This document shows positions 29,738 through 37,242 of a DNA stretch of 64,000 nt, one piece after another (within the stretch, counting starts at the first letter, position 1; every line of letters begins with the position of its first letter). The DNA lies in NCBI GenBank assembly GCA_043823065.1, contig JBDRBB010000023.1:1-64000 (forward strand), given 5' to 3'. A model generated the notes under the pieces. It saw nothing but the letters and a program-made list of their open reading frames with translations. It had not been told where the DNA came from and did not search any database. Source of the stretch: Pseudomonadota bacterium (GTDB lineage Bacteria; UBA10199; 2-02-FULL-44-16; DYJF01). A program made the position numbers and the translations under genes.

Positions 29738-30589
29738 CTAATCCTGTTTTTTGTCGATTTTTATTTTTCCTAAGAATTCATTCAGATTGCTAACTACAAC
29801 TCCAAAATCTTCTGGCACGTCATCTAAATCCCACTTTCTTAAAAAACCTTTCCAAGTTATATCAAGGACATTCACATCCTCAGACGAAAATTCAAGACAA
29901 TTGGCTAAAGGCGTTGTGCGATTTTTGAATGTTCTTTCCAGTGCTGACTTAAGTGATGTCATGTTTATCGATCTCGAATTTGCCAATTTCAACATATCGT
30001 AAAAATCTTTCATTCGGCTATTTGCCGCTCCAAGTAGAATGGCAGTCTGAAATTTTTCGGCAAAAAGGAACTCAGGAGGATAGGCAAGTAAGGATATGTC
30101 CCTTCCAACTATTGGCTTGCCTTTGTATCTGAGTACTTCGATTTTTTGTTTTACAGGATCAACTGTGTCTCCCAATGCTAAATCCATCCAAATGGAACCT
30201 CCTATTTTTTCCAGTAGGAAGTCAATTTTGATACGCGCCCCAGTATATGGCAAACGTGAATGTTTGAGAACTTCACCTATGGGTTTTCTGAATACAAATC
30301 CATCTTTTAAATCAATGGCTGTTACCTCTTGGATAATATTTATAAGGTTATTTAGAGTATTATCTAAATCGCGAATTGAAAAATCTATGTCTCTTGTTCT
30401 GCGGGAAGTTTCTACCAGATGGGGCAAAAGGCTACCGCCCTTAAAAATTAAGTTATTAGCCCAGCTGCTTACGGCTAACCTTGCCAGAAAACGCTCCTCA
30501 CCCAATTTGTTGAACAGATTCTGAAGTTCAATTCCTCTTTCCTGGGAAATTATTTTTAATTTTGCTTTAATGCTTTCCACATTAATCAT
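29738..30589 (-). CDS. AbiEii-family nucleotidyltransferase toxin (type IV TA)
   Basis: FKGG, RRTRDIDF, AEK and NSRMKDFYD motifs. Confidence 0.9.
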   Translation of the reverse strand: MINVESIKAKLKIISQERGIELQNLFNKLGEERFLARLAVSSWANNLIFKGGSLLPHLVETSRRTRDIDFSIRDLDNTLNNLINIIQEVTAIDLKDGFVFRKPIGEVLKHSRLPYTGARIKIDFLLEKIGGSIWMDLALGDTVDPVKQKIEVLRYKGKPIVGRDISLLAYPPEFLFAEKFQTAILLGAANSRMKDFYDMLKLANSRSINMTSLKSALERTFKNRTTPLANCLEFSSEDVNVLDITWKGFLRKWDLDDVPEDFGVVVSNLNEFLGKIKIDKKQD

Positions 30590-30591
30590 TA

Positions 30592-31176
30592 TTATTCCGT
30601 AGTAATCATTTTTACCTTTTCTGAAATAGGCCGCTTAAGTTTTTTTCCATATTCCAGAAGCTTAGGTATATTAACATTCTTTCTTTTCAGGTAGAGTTTT
30701 AGGGCTTTAATAGCAACTTCTTCTGTTAGATATTTGAATGAGTCAATAATACATTTTTCTGGGTCATATATCTTTATGACTCTTTTTCCGATTTCATGAG
30801 TTTCTATCCCAAGAGTATAAGCCAGGCCGGAACGTCTGGTAATTTTGAGATTCTTTTGGCCTTGAACTTTTTTCGAATGAGGCAGGGCAATCCAGATTTT
30901 TCGCTCTTCTTCATCAGTTAGCTCATGAAAACTAAGCGCCGATATCAGAGCAATAACAGCAGAGGGAAACTGCACAGCAATTGGAAGATATTTTTTTAGC
31001 GGATCAAACATGATATCTTTATCAATTGTATAGACTCCACGCGAAAGCCTGAATATAAGACCTTTTCTAACAGCTCTCGTCATAGTCATTGGGTCAATAC
31101 CCACAACTCGAGCTTCTTTGAGGGTTATAACATGATAATCTTTGAGATAGTTTGTGAGCTGTTTTTCTTTATGCAT
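30592..31176 (-). CDS. AbiEi-family antitoxin/transcriptional regulator
   Basis: N-terminal wHTH (RLSRGVY), SALSFHELT and YDPEKCIID; directly upstream of abiEii. Confidence 0.88.
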   Translation of the reverse strand: MHKEKQLTNYLKDYHVITLKEARVVGIDPMTMTRAVRKGLIFRLSRGVYTIDKDIMFDPLKKYLPIAVQFPSAVIALISALSFHELTDEEERKIWIALPHSKKVQGQKNLKITRRSGLAYTLGIETHEIGKRVIKIYDPEKCIIDSFKYLTEEVAIKALKLYLKRKNVNIPKLLEYGKKLKRPISEKVKMITTE

Positions 31177-31181
31177 AACCC

Positions 31182-31232
31182 AATGTTAACATATTGCCCA
31201 AGCAATGGTCAATTGGGATATATATTAACATT
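31182..31232 (-). promoter_or_regulatory. Inverted-repeat operator overlapping the abiE promoter
   Basis: 20-bp arms (17/20 match) with an 11-bp spacer; TTGACC-18 nt-TAACAT on the minus strand. Confidence 0.65.
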
Positions 31233-31249
31233 AAACTGGTAAGACCCAC

Positions 31250-31327
31250 GGCGAAGCGGCGTAGATGGGGTTGCCCAAGATTGCATGTATTGCTTAAGCG
31301 GGAAAGACTAGTGCAGAATCACAAACG
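31250..31327 (+). pseudogene. IS3-family transposase (OrfB) fragment
   Basis: Translates AKRRRWGCPRLHVLLKRERLVQNHKR, matching the R..G..RL..LL.REG..VNHKR pattern of IS3 OrfB. Confidence 0.65.
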
Positions 31328-31478
31328 TAAATATTGGTTCTTGCTCCGTCTGACTATTTTTTACAAGATAAAAGTAAAGAGTAAATACTTGACCCCTAGC
31401 TAGTGCTGTAGTGCCCCCAAATTTCGATTTTCATCCCCGACCTTGCCGATGTCAGTCAATGGTAGTATAATTTACATT

Positions 31479-32462
31479 ATGCCATGTTTTTTATGTAACT
31501 CTGAGGAAGGACGATTTACGAGGCTTAAATCGGGAGAGCAAGTTCACCCCAAATGTGTTGAAAATCTAGAGCAGGCTATAGCGAAAATTCGAAACGAATA
31601 TGAGGCAAGAAAACAGGAACTAAGGGAGGAAATAAAACGGTTGGAAAATAGACGGAGTCTGCTACGCGCTGAAATCTATAGTTTGGAATGGAAGTCAAAT
31701 CCGAATCACTTATTTAATATCTTTAGAAGTAAGGAGGCAATTTTTCAGTCACAGCAAGAAAAACAAGCGTGTAGTATGAAGTTGCCTGAACTTGACAATG
31801 AATATGCAAGGTTAAGCTCACAAATAGAGCAACCTCCGCCGACTGAAATCGAAGAACTTGAGAAGAAGTTGCAGTACATTCAAAGCAACATAGATAATGT
31901 CTCAAAAAGTGATTTGTTATTTCAATTTGAAAAACCATTTAAACTACCGAAAAGCAGATATTCTAGGAAGTACAAAATCGAAATCAAACAAGAAAGTATA
32001 TGGGGTCAACTTCGAGAGGAAGCATTTAAGAGATATGGTAGGTTGTGCAGGATATGTTTAAGCAAAGAAAATCTTCAAGTACATCACGTTATTGAACTGT
32101 CAATTGGAGGCACCAACGACATTTCCAACTTAGAGGTGCTATGCGAAGAATGTCACGAGCGAGAACACGGGAGAAGGTTTACATATGATGATAATGACTC
32201 AGACGAATATGGTGAAAACCCAACGATTCGCAGTCGTAAAACCGCCGAAATAAACGAAGCCATTAAGAATGGAAAACAGATAAATATTAAATATGTTAAT
32301 GGAGAAGGTGAAGAGAGCGAACGAATAGTATCACCGGAGGAAATCTTTACACATAGAGGCCGAATATATTTTAGAGGGTACTGTCATTTAAGAAATGAAC
32401 GACGAACGTTTAGGGTTTCGCGAATTAAGAGCATATCAGCTATACGTTGCGTAAGCTCGTAA
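31479..32462 (+). CDS. HNH endonuclease-WYL domain fusion with N-terminal coiled coil
   Basis: CRIC...VHH...GGTN..NL..LCEECHEREH (HNH); YFRGYCHLRNERRTFRVSRI (WYL). ATG 31479 follows TTGCCG-17 nt-TATAAT. Confidence 0.88.
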   Translation: MPCFLCNSEEGRFTRLKSGEQVHPKCVENLEQAIAKIRNEYEARKQELREEIKRLENRRSLLRAEIYSLEWKSNPNHLFNIFRSKEAIFQSQQEKQACSMKLPELDNEYARLSSQIEQPPPTEIEELEKKLQYIQSNIDNVSKSDLLFQFEKPFKLPKSRYSRKYKIEIKQESIWGQLREEAFKRYGRLCRICLSKENLQVHHVIELSIGGTNDISNLEVLCEECHEREHGRRFTYDDNDSDEYGENPTIRSRKTAEINEAIKNGKQINIKYVNGEGEESERIVSPEEIFTHRGRIYFRGYCHLRNERRTFRVSRIKSISAIRCVSS

Positions 32463-32500
32463 GCTCCCCCTTAAGGCCCACGGCGAAGCGGCGCAGAATC

Positions 32501-32577
32501 ATCAGACGGAGCAAAGTTGCAGCGAAATGAAACACTCATGCTACACCTCTGCTGTATTGGTTATTGCTCCGTCTGAT
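32501..32577. mobile_element. 77-bp segment bounded by perfect 14-bp inverted repeats
   Basis: ATCAGACGGAGCAA(32501-32514)...TTGCTCCGTCTGAT(32564-32577); the same motif recurs elsewhere in the window. Confidence 0.5.
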
Positions 32578-32606
32578 TGTTTTATTTAAAAATAAAATGA
32601 GTTCGG

Positions 32607-32693
32607 CGGAGAGGGGGAGATTCGAACTCCCGGACCTCGTGAAAGGTCAACAGTTTTCAAGACTGCCGCAATCGGCCGCTCTGCCACCTCTCC
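32607..32693 (-). tRNA. tRNA-Ser(UGA)
   Basis: GGAGAGG/CCTCTCC acceptor stem, anticodon loop CT-TGA-AA, long variable arm, GTTCGAATC T-loop, discriminator G. Followed by CCG, not CCA. Confidence 0.93.
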
Positions 32694-32724
32694 GCCGAAC
32701 CCACATTGTTAAAGAATAAAATAG

Positions 32725-32970
32725 CTACAGATTTAAATTATCAATAAACTGCCTGCCTACTCCACTTTTTAGAAAATTTTCTCTCTTTCTAGCTTCAGTA
32801 TAAGTATTGTATTTTTCTTCAAGTATAATTTTCCATGGTCTGCCAAACTTTGTAGATCTTACTTTGCCATCATTATGTGATATTAGTCTAATTTCAGCAG
32901 TATTTTCTCTACTTGAACCTATGTAGCGTTTTTTAGTTTTTTTGCTATAAAGTATATAAACAACAGCCAC
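32725..32970 (-). CDS. Small stand-alone GIY-YIG nuclease
   Basis: VYILYS...YIG...RL..HN.G...T....PW...A..RE..LK pattern. Confidence 0.88.
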   Translation of the reverse strand: MAVVYILYSKKTKKRYIGSSRENTAEIRLISHNDGKVRSTKFGRPWKIILEEKYNTYTEARKRENFLKSGVGRQFIDNLNL

Positions 32971-33020
32971 GTTAACACCTGTAAAGTTTTTCCGCCAGAG
33001 GCGGACCAGCCTTTGGCTGG

Positions 33021-33057
33021 CAAGGCTGCCGCAATCGGCCGCTTAAGCCACCTCTCC
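33021..33057 (-). pseudogene. tRNA-Ser 5'-half fragment truncated in the anticodon
   Basis: GGAGAGGTGGCTTAAGCGGCCGATTGCGGCAGCCTTG, compared with GGAGAGGTGGCAGAGCGGCCGATTGCGGCAGTCTTG in the intact tRNA. Confidence 0.85.
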
Positions 33058-33074
33058 GTTATTTTCAAAAAATA

Positions 33075-33431
33075 TCAATCCGTATTCGGTTCATTCGGAA
33101 TCAATGGTTCCAGTAATTTTATTAGCTCCGGAATGCGCTTTGAAACCAATATCCACATTCGCTCTTGTTTTATTTCACCGTATTCGTGTGCAAGTATATG
33201 ACGTTGGCCGATGATTCCTTTCCAAGGGATTTCTGAATGAGTTTTTTGAAAATCTTTCGAAACTCGCCGGGCCGCTTCACCGATAATTTCAACAGCACGT
33301 TCAACTGCAAGCTGCATTTTTCGGTCATTCTCGTATTGATGGTAATTAATGTTTTTTGTAAAATCGCAGACGGTTTTGGCAGCATCCAACATATCCCAAA
33401 GATAAGCTACATCTTTTTCTTCAGGCTGCAT
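33075..33431 (-). CDS. HEPN (DUF86) ribonuclease toxin
   Basis: IIGEAA, IPW and RHILAHEY (RX4HXY) motifs. Confidence 0.92.
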   Translation of the reverse strand: MQPEEKDVAYLWDMLDAAKTVCDFTKNINYHQYENDRKMQLAVERAVEIIGEAARRVSKDFQKTHSEIPWKGIIGQRHILAHEYGEIKQERMWILVSKRIPELIKLLEPLIPNEPNTD

Positions 33432-33723
33432 AGAGCACCTCTCGATTATTCATTATTGTTTTGCGACGGAAAGGATTCCTAATCGTTCCAACCTCAACCA
33501 AGTCAATTTCGCGGTTAAATATATCTTTTAATTCTTCCTGTAAGGTTACAAGGTCAAAAAGGTCCCATTTGGCATTTTCCTCAAATACAACCAATACGTC
33601 TATGTCGCTGGTTGGACTAAAGTCTGGGCGCAATACTGAACCAAACAATGAAAATTCAGTTATTTTCCATTTATCACAAATGGCTTTTATCTGTTCTTTT
33701 TTAATATCTACATTGGATAACAT
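33421..33723 (-). CDS. MNT minimal nucleotidyltransferase antitoxin
   Basis: LFGSVLR...SDIDVLV motif; GGAGG RBS; overlaps the HEPN gene. Confidence 0.92.
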   Translation of the reverse strand: MLSNVDIKKEQIKAICDKWKITEFSLFGSVLRPDFSPTSDIDVLVVFEENAKWDLFDLVTLQEELKDIFNREIDLVEVGTIRNPFRRKTIMNNREVLYAA

Positions 33724-33810
33724 AAAATATCCTCCCTTTCAGCCGATCACGCACTTCTCCGATTATTTTGCTTCCCTAGCAGAATATGTACAGATGCTCA
33801 AGGGATAATA

Positions 33811-33848
33811 AAAATAGCCTCATCATTATTTATTGATGAGGCTATTTT
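33811..33848 (-). terminator. Intrinsic terminator after ssrA
   Basis: AAAATAGCCTCATCA/TGATGAGGCTATTTT inverted repeat with a T-run on the minus strand. Confidence 0.85.
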
Positions 33849-33864
33849 GGTGGAGGTGCCGGGA

Positions 33865-34508
33865 CATGAAAATCCTTAAGTTTCCTTAAGGCATGGACTA
33901 TCTCTTCATCCCTTAAAATTAAGGGAGCCTAGCGTATTATAGGAGACACAAATTTATCGTTTATTTAATCTTCTAATTTCAGCAACTAGTTTCATTTTTT
34001 TTGCCATCATTTCTTTGGTATATTTGCCATTTCTTGGTGTTACTTTTTTGTAACAATCAATTAACAGCTTAGCATGTGGCTTCTTTATAATTAGAAGATC
34101 TTTTATTTCTGCAAGAAATTTAAGAGCTTTGTCATCACGTATTTCATAAACAAAAGCTTGATTATGATGTGCTTTCCTTTTTGTTCTCTTGGTAATTGTG
34201 CCGGTACATAATTTAACTTTTAACCATTTTAGAAGTTCAAGACTGTTATTAGCAATTGATATTACAGGTGTTGGTGTTTCATTTTTATGCTTTCTAGTTA
34301 ATGTAACTGTTCCTTCACCATCAATTATGCCAGCAATGTATGCTTTTTCTTGCAGTTTCAACGATATCACCTCCTATCCTATTAAAGAGTCTCTGCAGGG
34401 CTTTAACACCCCTCAGGATTGCCTTATCTGGTTTTTGCCAGACTTAGGTTTCCCTGATGTAAGCTAGGTTTTTTCATAGAAGTTACCCTCTACGGCGACT
34501 TTTTGCAA
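33865..34508 (-). mobile_element. Group I intron in the tmRNA T-loop
   Basis: P1 with U-G wobble at the 5' splice site; P2 with GUAA loop; P (34460-34450), Q AATCCTGAG (34420-34412), R TGCAGAGACT (34397-34388), S GAAGAGATAGTCC (33907-33895); P3 CCTAGC/GCTAGG; P8; P9 with GAAA loop; terminal G at 33865. Confidence 0.93.
33954..34361 (-). CDS. Intron-encoded single-motif LAGLIDADG homing endonuclease
   Basis: AYIAGIIDGEG motif, ISIANNSLELL and LIIKK. TTG at 34361 lies 6 nt after AGGAGGTG; the ORF-track GTG at 34370 falls inside the RBS. Confidence 0.9.
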   Translation of the reverse strand: MKLQEKAYIAGIIDGEGTVTLTRKHKNETPTPVISIANNSLELLKWLKVKLCTGTITKRTKRKAHHNQAFVYEIRDDKALKFLAEIKDLLIIKKPHAKLLIDCYKKVTPRNGKYTKEMMAKKMKLVAEIRRLNKR

Positions 34509-34860
34509 ATCGCACCCGGGTCCGAAAATTGCTTACTAAGGCTTCTACATGTTTATTCCGCAATTTAGGTTTCACTTTTCAAATCTCCCACGGACAGGAT
34601 TTTTGAAAAGCTATCCTTGCTGTTTCTTAATCCTCTGCGCCAAGGCTAACTTAGAGGATCAAAGCCCGCTGAATGATGTCTTCCAGCCTAGCAGACATCA
34701 GCTGGTTAACAGGTTGCTTATTTAAGCAGCCATTGCCATAGGTTCGGCAATTAAGGTTTTTGCCAACAGTTTTACTACTTGCTGACAGGTAGGCATGCCA
34801 CCTTAGCTTGTCTAATTTCCGTCGAAACCTATTTCACCCCCAAGTGATTATAGAGTTTTT

Positions 34861-35310
34861 TCAACGATCGCGATGTCTCAACGCTCGGCCAACTTGGCGC
34901 TTTGACTCGCGCTTTTTTATGGTTTCCCGTTTGTCAAAGAGCTTCTTACCCTTGCCCAAGCCTAATTCCACTTTGGCGAACCCATCCTTAAAATATAATT
35001 TCAAAGGAATCAAGGTATATCCTTTTTCTATAAGTTTGCCCGTGAGTTTATGAATTTGCTTTTTATGCAACAAAAGCTTTCTGGTGCGCCTGGGATCATG
35101 GTTCATATAGGAGGCTTGTTGGCACTGGGCAATGTGCGAATTAAGCAAAAACATTTCGCCCCCTTTAACCATTGCATAAGAATCAGCCAAAGAAGCATGT
35201 CCATCGCGCATGCTTTTAACTTCGCTGCCTAAAAGCACCAGACCTGCTTCGATTTTTTCTTCAATGTGATATTGAAAATGGGCTTTTTTATTTTGAGCTA
35301 TAATCTTCAT
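34861..35310 (-). CDS. smpB: SsrA-binding protein
   Basis: NKKA, EAGLVLLGSEVKS, RKLLLH and GKKLFDKR motifs. Confidence 0.98.
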   Translation of the reverse strand: MKIIAQNKKAHFQYHIEEKIEAGLVLLGSEVKSMRDGHASLADSYAMVKGGEMFLLNSHIAQCQQASYMNHDPRRTRKLLLHKKQIHKLTGKLIEKGYTLIPLKLYFKDGFAKVELGLGKGKKLFDKRETIKKRESKRQVGRALRHRDR

Positions 35311-35923
35311 TAGAAACTACACCTGCGCTAACTATTAATTTAAATGCTTTGTCTGTGCTCATGTTTAAACGTGTTACATCTTTTTCCGGCAACATAATAT
35401 AAAAGCCAGAAGTGGGGTTGGGAGAGGTGGGCAAAAACAGCGTAACCCAATTTTCATTAACTTCGCCTTTTAAGGTCTTGGAGCGGCCGGTGACAAAAGC
35501 CAGCATGTGACAACCAGAGCGTGGCCATTCCACCAGAGCAACACTTTTAAATCTCTGGTCGGTTTCGCTAAATACGCCAGTTAGAAAATCTTTGGTCACA
35601 GAATATACTGAGCGACCAATGGGAATTTTAGAAAAAATATAATCGCCTAGTTTCACCATTTTGTTGCCAATATAGAGCCTGGTAAAAATACCCACCAACA
35701 ATACAACCAAAATAGTGACTACAATTCCCAAGCCAGGAATCTCTATGTTGTGAATAAGTTGAGGTTGAAAGCGCTGTGGAATAAAAGACAGGATGAATGA
35801 ATCCATCCAAATGGCAAAAACTTTAAGAAACCAGATGGTGGCAAAAATTGGCAACAATACTAACATGCCAGCAATTAGATTTTTCTTTATGGCCTGCCTG
35901 ATTTTTTTCCAAATTTCGCTCAT
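35288..35923 (-). CDS. DUF502 membrane protein
   Basis: IPGLG, IPIGRSVY and PTSPNPTSG motifs. Confidence 0.88.
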   Translation of the reverse strand: MSEIWKKIRQAIKKNLIAGMLVLLPIFATIWFLKVFAIWMDSFILSFIPQRFQPQLIHNIEIPGLGIVVTILVVLLVGIFTRLYIGNKMVKLGDYIFSKIPIGRSVYSVTKDFLTGVFSETDQRFKSVALVEWPRSGCHMLAFVTGRSKTLKGEVNENWVTLFLPTSPNPTSGFYIMLPEKDVTRLNMSTDKAFKLIVSAGVVSNEDYSSK

Positions 35924-37200
35924 ATAGCTTTCAAGATATTGCCGCCAACCACTACGTGTTTAATGTGATGGGGTTCGGTTTGCTTAACCAATTTTTCATA
36001 ACATTCTTCTGGGGTAGAAAAAATTGGGGAGTGAACAATAATGTAATCTGCTTTTTTACCTTTTTCCAAAGTGCCAATTAAATGTTCCAGGGCCAAGCAG
36101 CGGGCTGAGCCAATGGTGGCCATTTGTAAAACTTCTTTAGGTGTAGGTAAAGGATTAGAGCCTTCTTGCAGGGCGTTTCTCATTTCCTGCCACAGATTAA
36201 AACCCTGTCTGGAACTCCATTGGTCTGTACCCAAGCCAATGGGGATGCCCATTTCCCGCAATTTACCAAAAGGAAACACCCCATGTTTCATGGTTTTGTT
36301 GGTTGAAGGACAATAAATGATCTTGGCTAGACAGCGCATTAAAATATTGAAATCCTGAGCTGATAAATGCAGGCCGCCAACAATGGCTACTGAAGTATCC
36401 AAAAAATCAATTTCTGATAAATATTGCACTGGAGTCTTATGTTGTGCCGGAGGCATTTCCTGCCAGCCCATGCTGGGAAATAGCTCGGTGGCAATACTAC
36501 CTTGAGAATCAAAAAAGAATTCCATTTCGGCAAATGATTCAGCAGCATGAATTTGCAATTGAATTCCTGTGTCTTTGGCATGCTTGCTGATAATTTTTAG
36601 CAGATTTCTGGATAAAAGGTAGGGGGCATAGGGAGCCAGACCAACTCTAATGCGGTCATGGGTGGCATCTGTGTATTTTTCCACCAAAGCCAGGGCAACT
36701 TCAAAAAGAGCTTGAGCAGCTTCGCTGCGGCCGGAAAAAATTTCTGGATAAACTACAGCGCGCAAGCCAGCTTCGCGCAAGAGTTTGAAGGTGCCTTCAA
36801 AAGTGGTCATGTCTCCCACACAAGTGGTGCCAGTTTCGATTAAACGATCAATACCTTTTTGTATGCCTGGAATAACCTTGCCAGCTTCAGTCTCTTGCTT
36901 AAATTCAATGGTGGTAATGATGTGGTCAATGAAATCTCTGGGGCCAAAAGCAAAATCGCCCTGATTTAACTGGTTTTCATAATAGGTTACAAGATCCAGG
37001 TGACAGTGGGCATTGACCAGGCCAGGCATTAAAATGCTATTTTCATGATTAATCACCTGAGCATCTGGAAAATGTTTGGTTAATTCTTCCAGAGAGCCAA
37101 AATCATGAATTTTGCCAAGTTCCACGGCAATGGCCCCGTTTTTGACCAAAGGCACGTCATTGGTCATGGGTAAGGCATAATTTGCAGTTATAATCTCCAT
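35920..37200 (-). CDS. Amidohydrolase family protein (MtaD-like)
   Basis: PGLVNAHCH, IHAAES, GLGTD and GKKAD motifs. Confidence 0.85.
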   Translation of the reverse strand: MEIITANYALPMTNDVPLVKNGAIAVELGKIHDFGSLEELTKHFPDAQVINHENSILMPGLVNAHCHLDLVTYYENQLNQGDFAFGPRDFIDHIITTIEFKQETEAGKVIPGIQKGIDRLIETGTTCVGDMTTFEGTFKLLREAGLRAVVYPEIFSGRSEAAQALFEVALALVEKYTDATHDRIRVGLAPYAPYLLSRNLLKIISKHAKDTGIQLQIHAAESFAEMEFFFDSQGSIATELFPSMGWQEMPPAQHKTPVQYLSEIDFLDTSVAIVGGLHLSAQDFNILMRCLAKIIYCPSTNKTMKHGVFPFGKLREMGIPIGLGTDQWSSRQGFNLWQEMRNALQEGSNPLPTPKEVLQMATIGSARCLALEHLIGTLEKGKKADYIIVHSPIFSTPEECYEKLVKQTEPHHIKHVVVGGNILKAI

Positions 37201-37242
37201 AATTTTCGTAATTTACAGAAAAAAACTGAGAAAAGCAAGACT

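Larger units (their letters stand above)
33848..34841 (-). ncRNA. ssrA: tmRNA, intron-interrupted (exons 34841-34509 and 33864-33848; 350 nt spliced)
   Basis: 5' end GGGGGTGAAATAGGTTTCGACGG; 3' end TCCCGGCACCTCCACCA; acceptor stem with G3-U; tag frame 34748-34722 encodes AEPMAMAA-stop; lies directly downstream of smpB. Confidence 0.95.

Noticed and set aside
31194..31403. 69-aa ORF from the track
   Set aside because: It runs across the abiE operator, an IS3 fragment and the repeat motif; not a credible gene.
32694..33020. GIY-YIG region as a group I intron in tRNA-Ser
   Set aside because: No P/Q/R/S core elements seen, and the downstream tRNA is complete rather than a 3' exon.
33848..33864. 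Isolated tRNA-like 3' end read as an attR duplication of a genomic island
   Set aside because: The upstream tmRNA has no 3' end of its own, and the intervening DNA has a full group I core, so this is exon 2.
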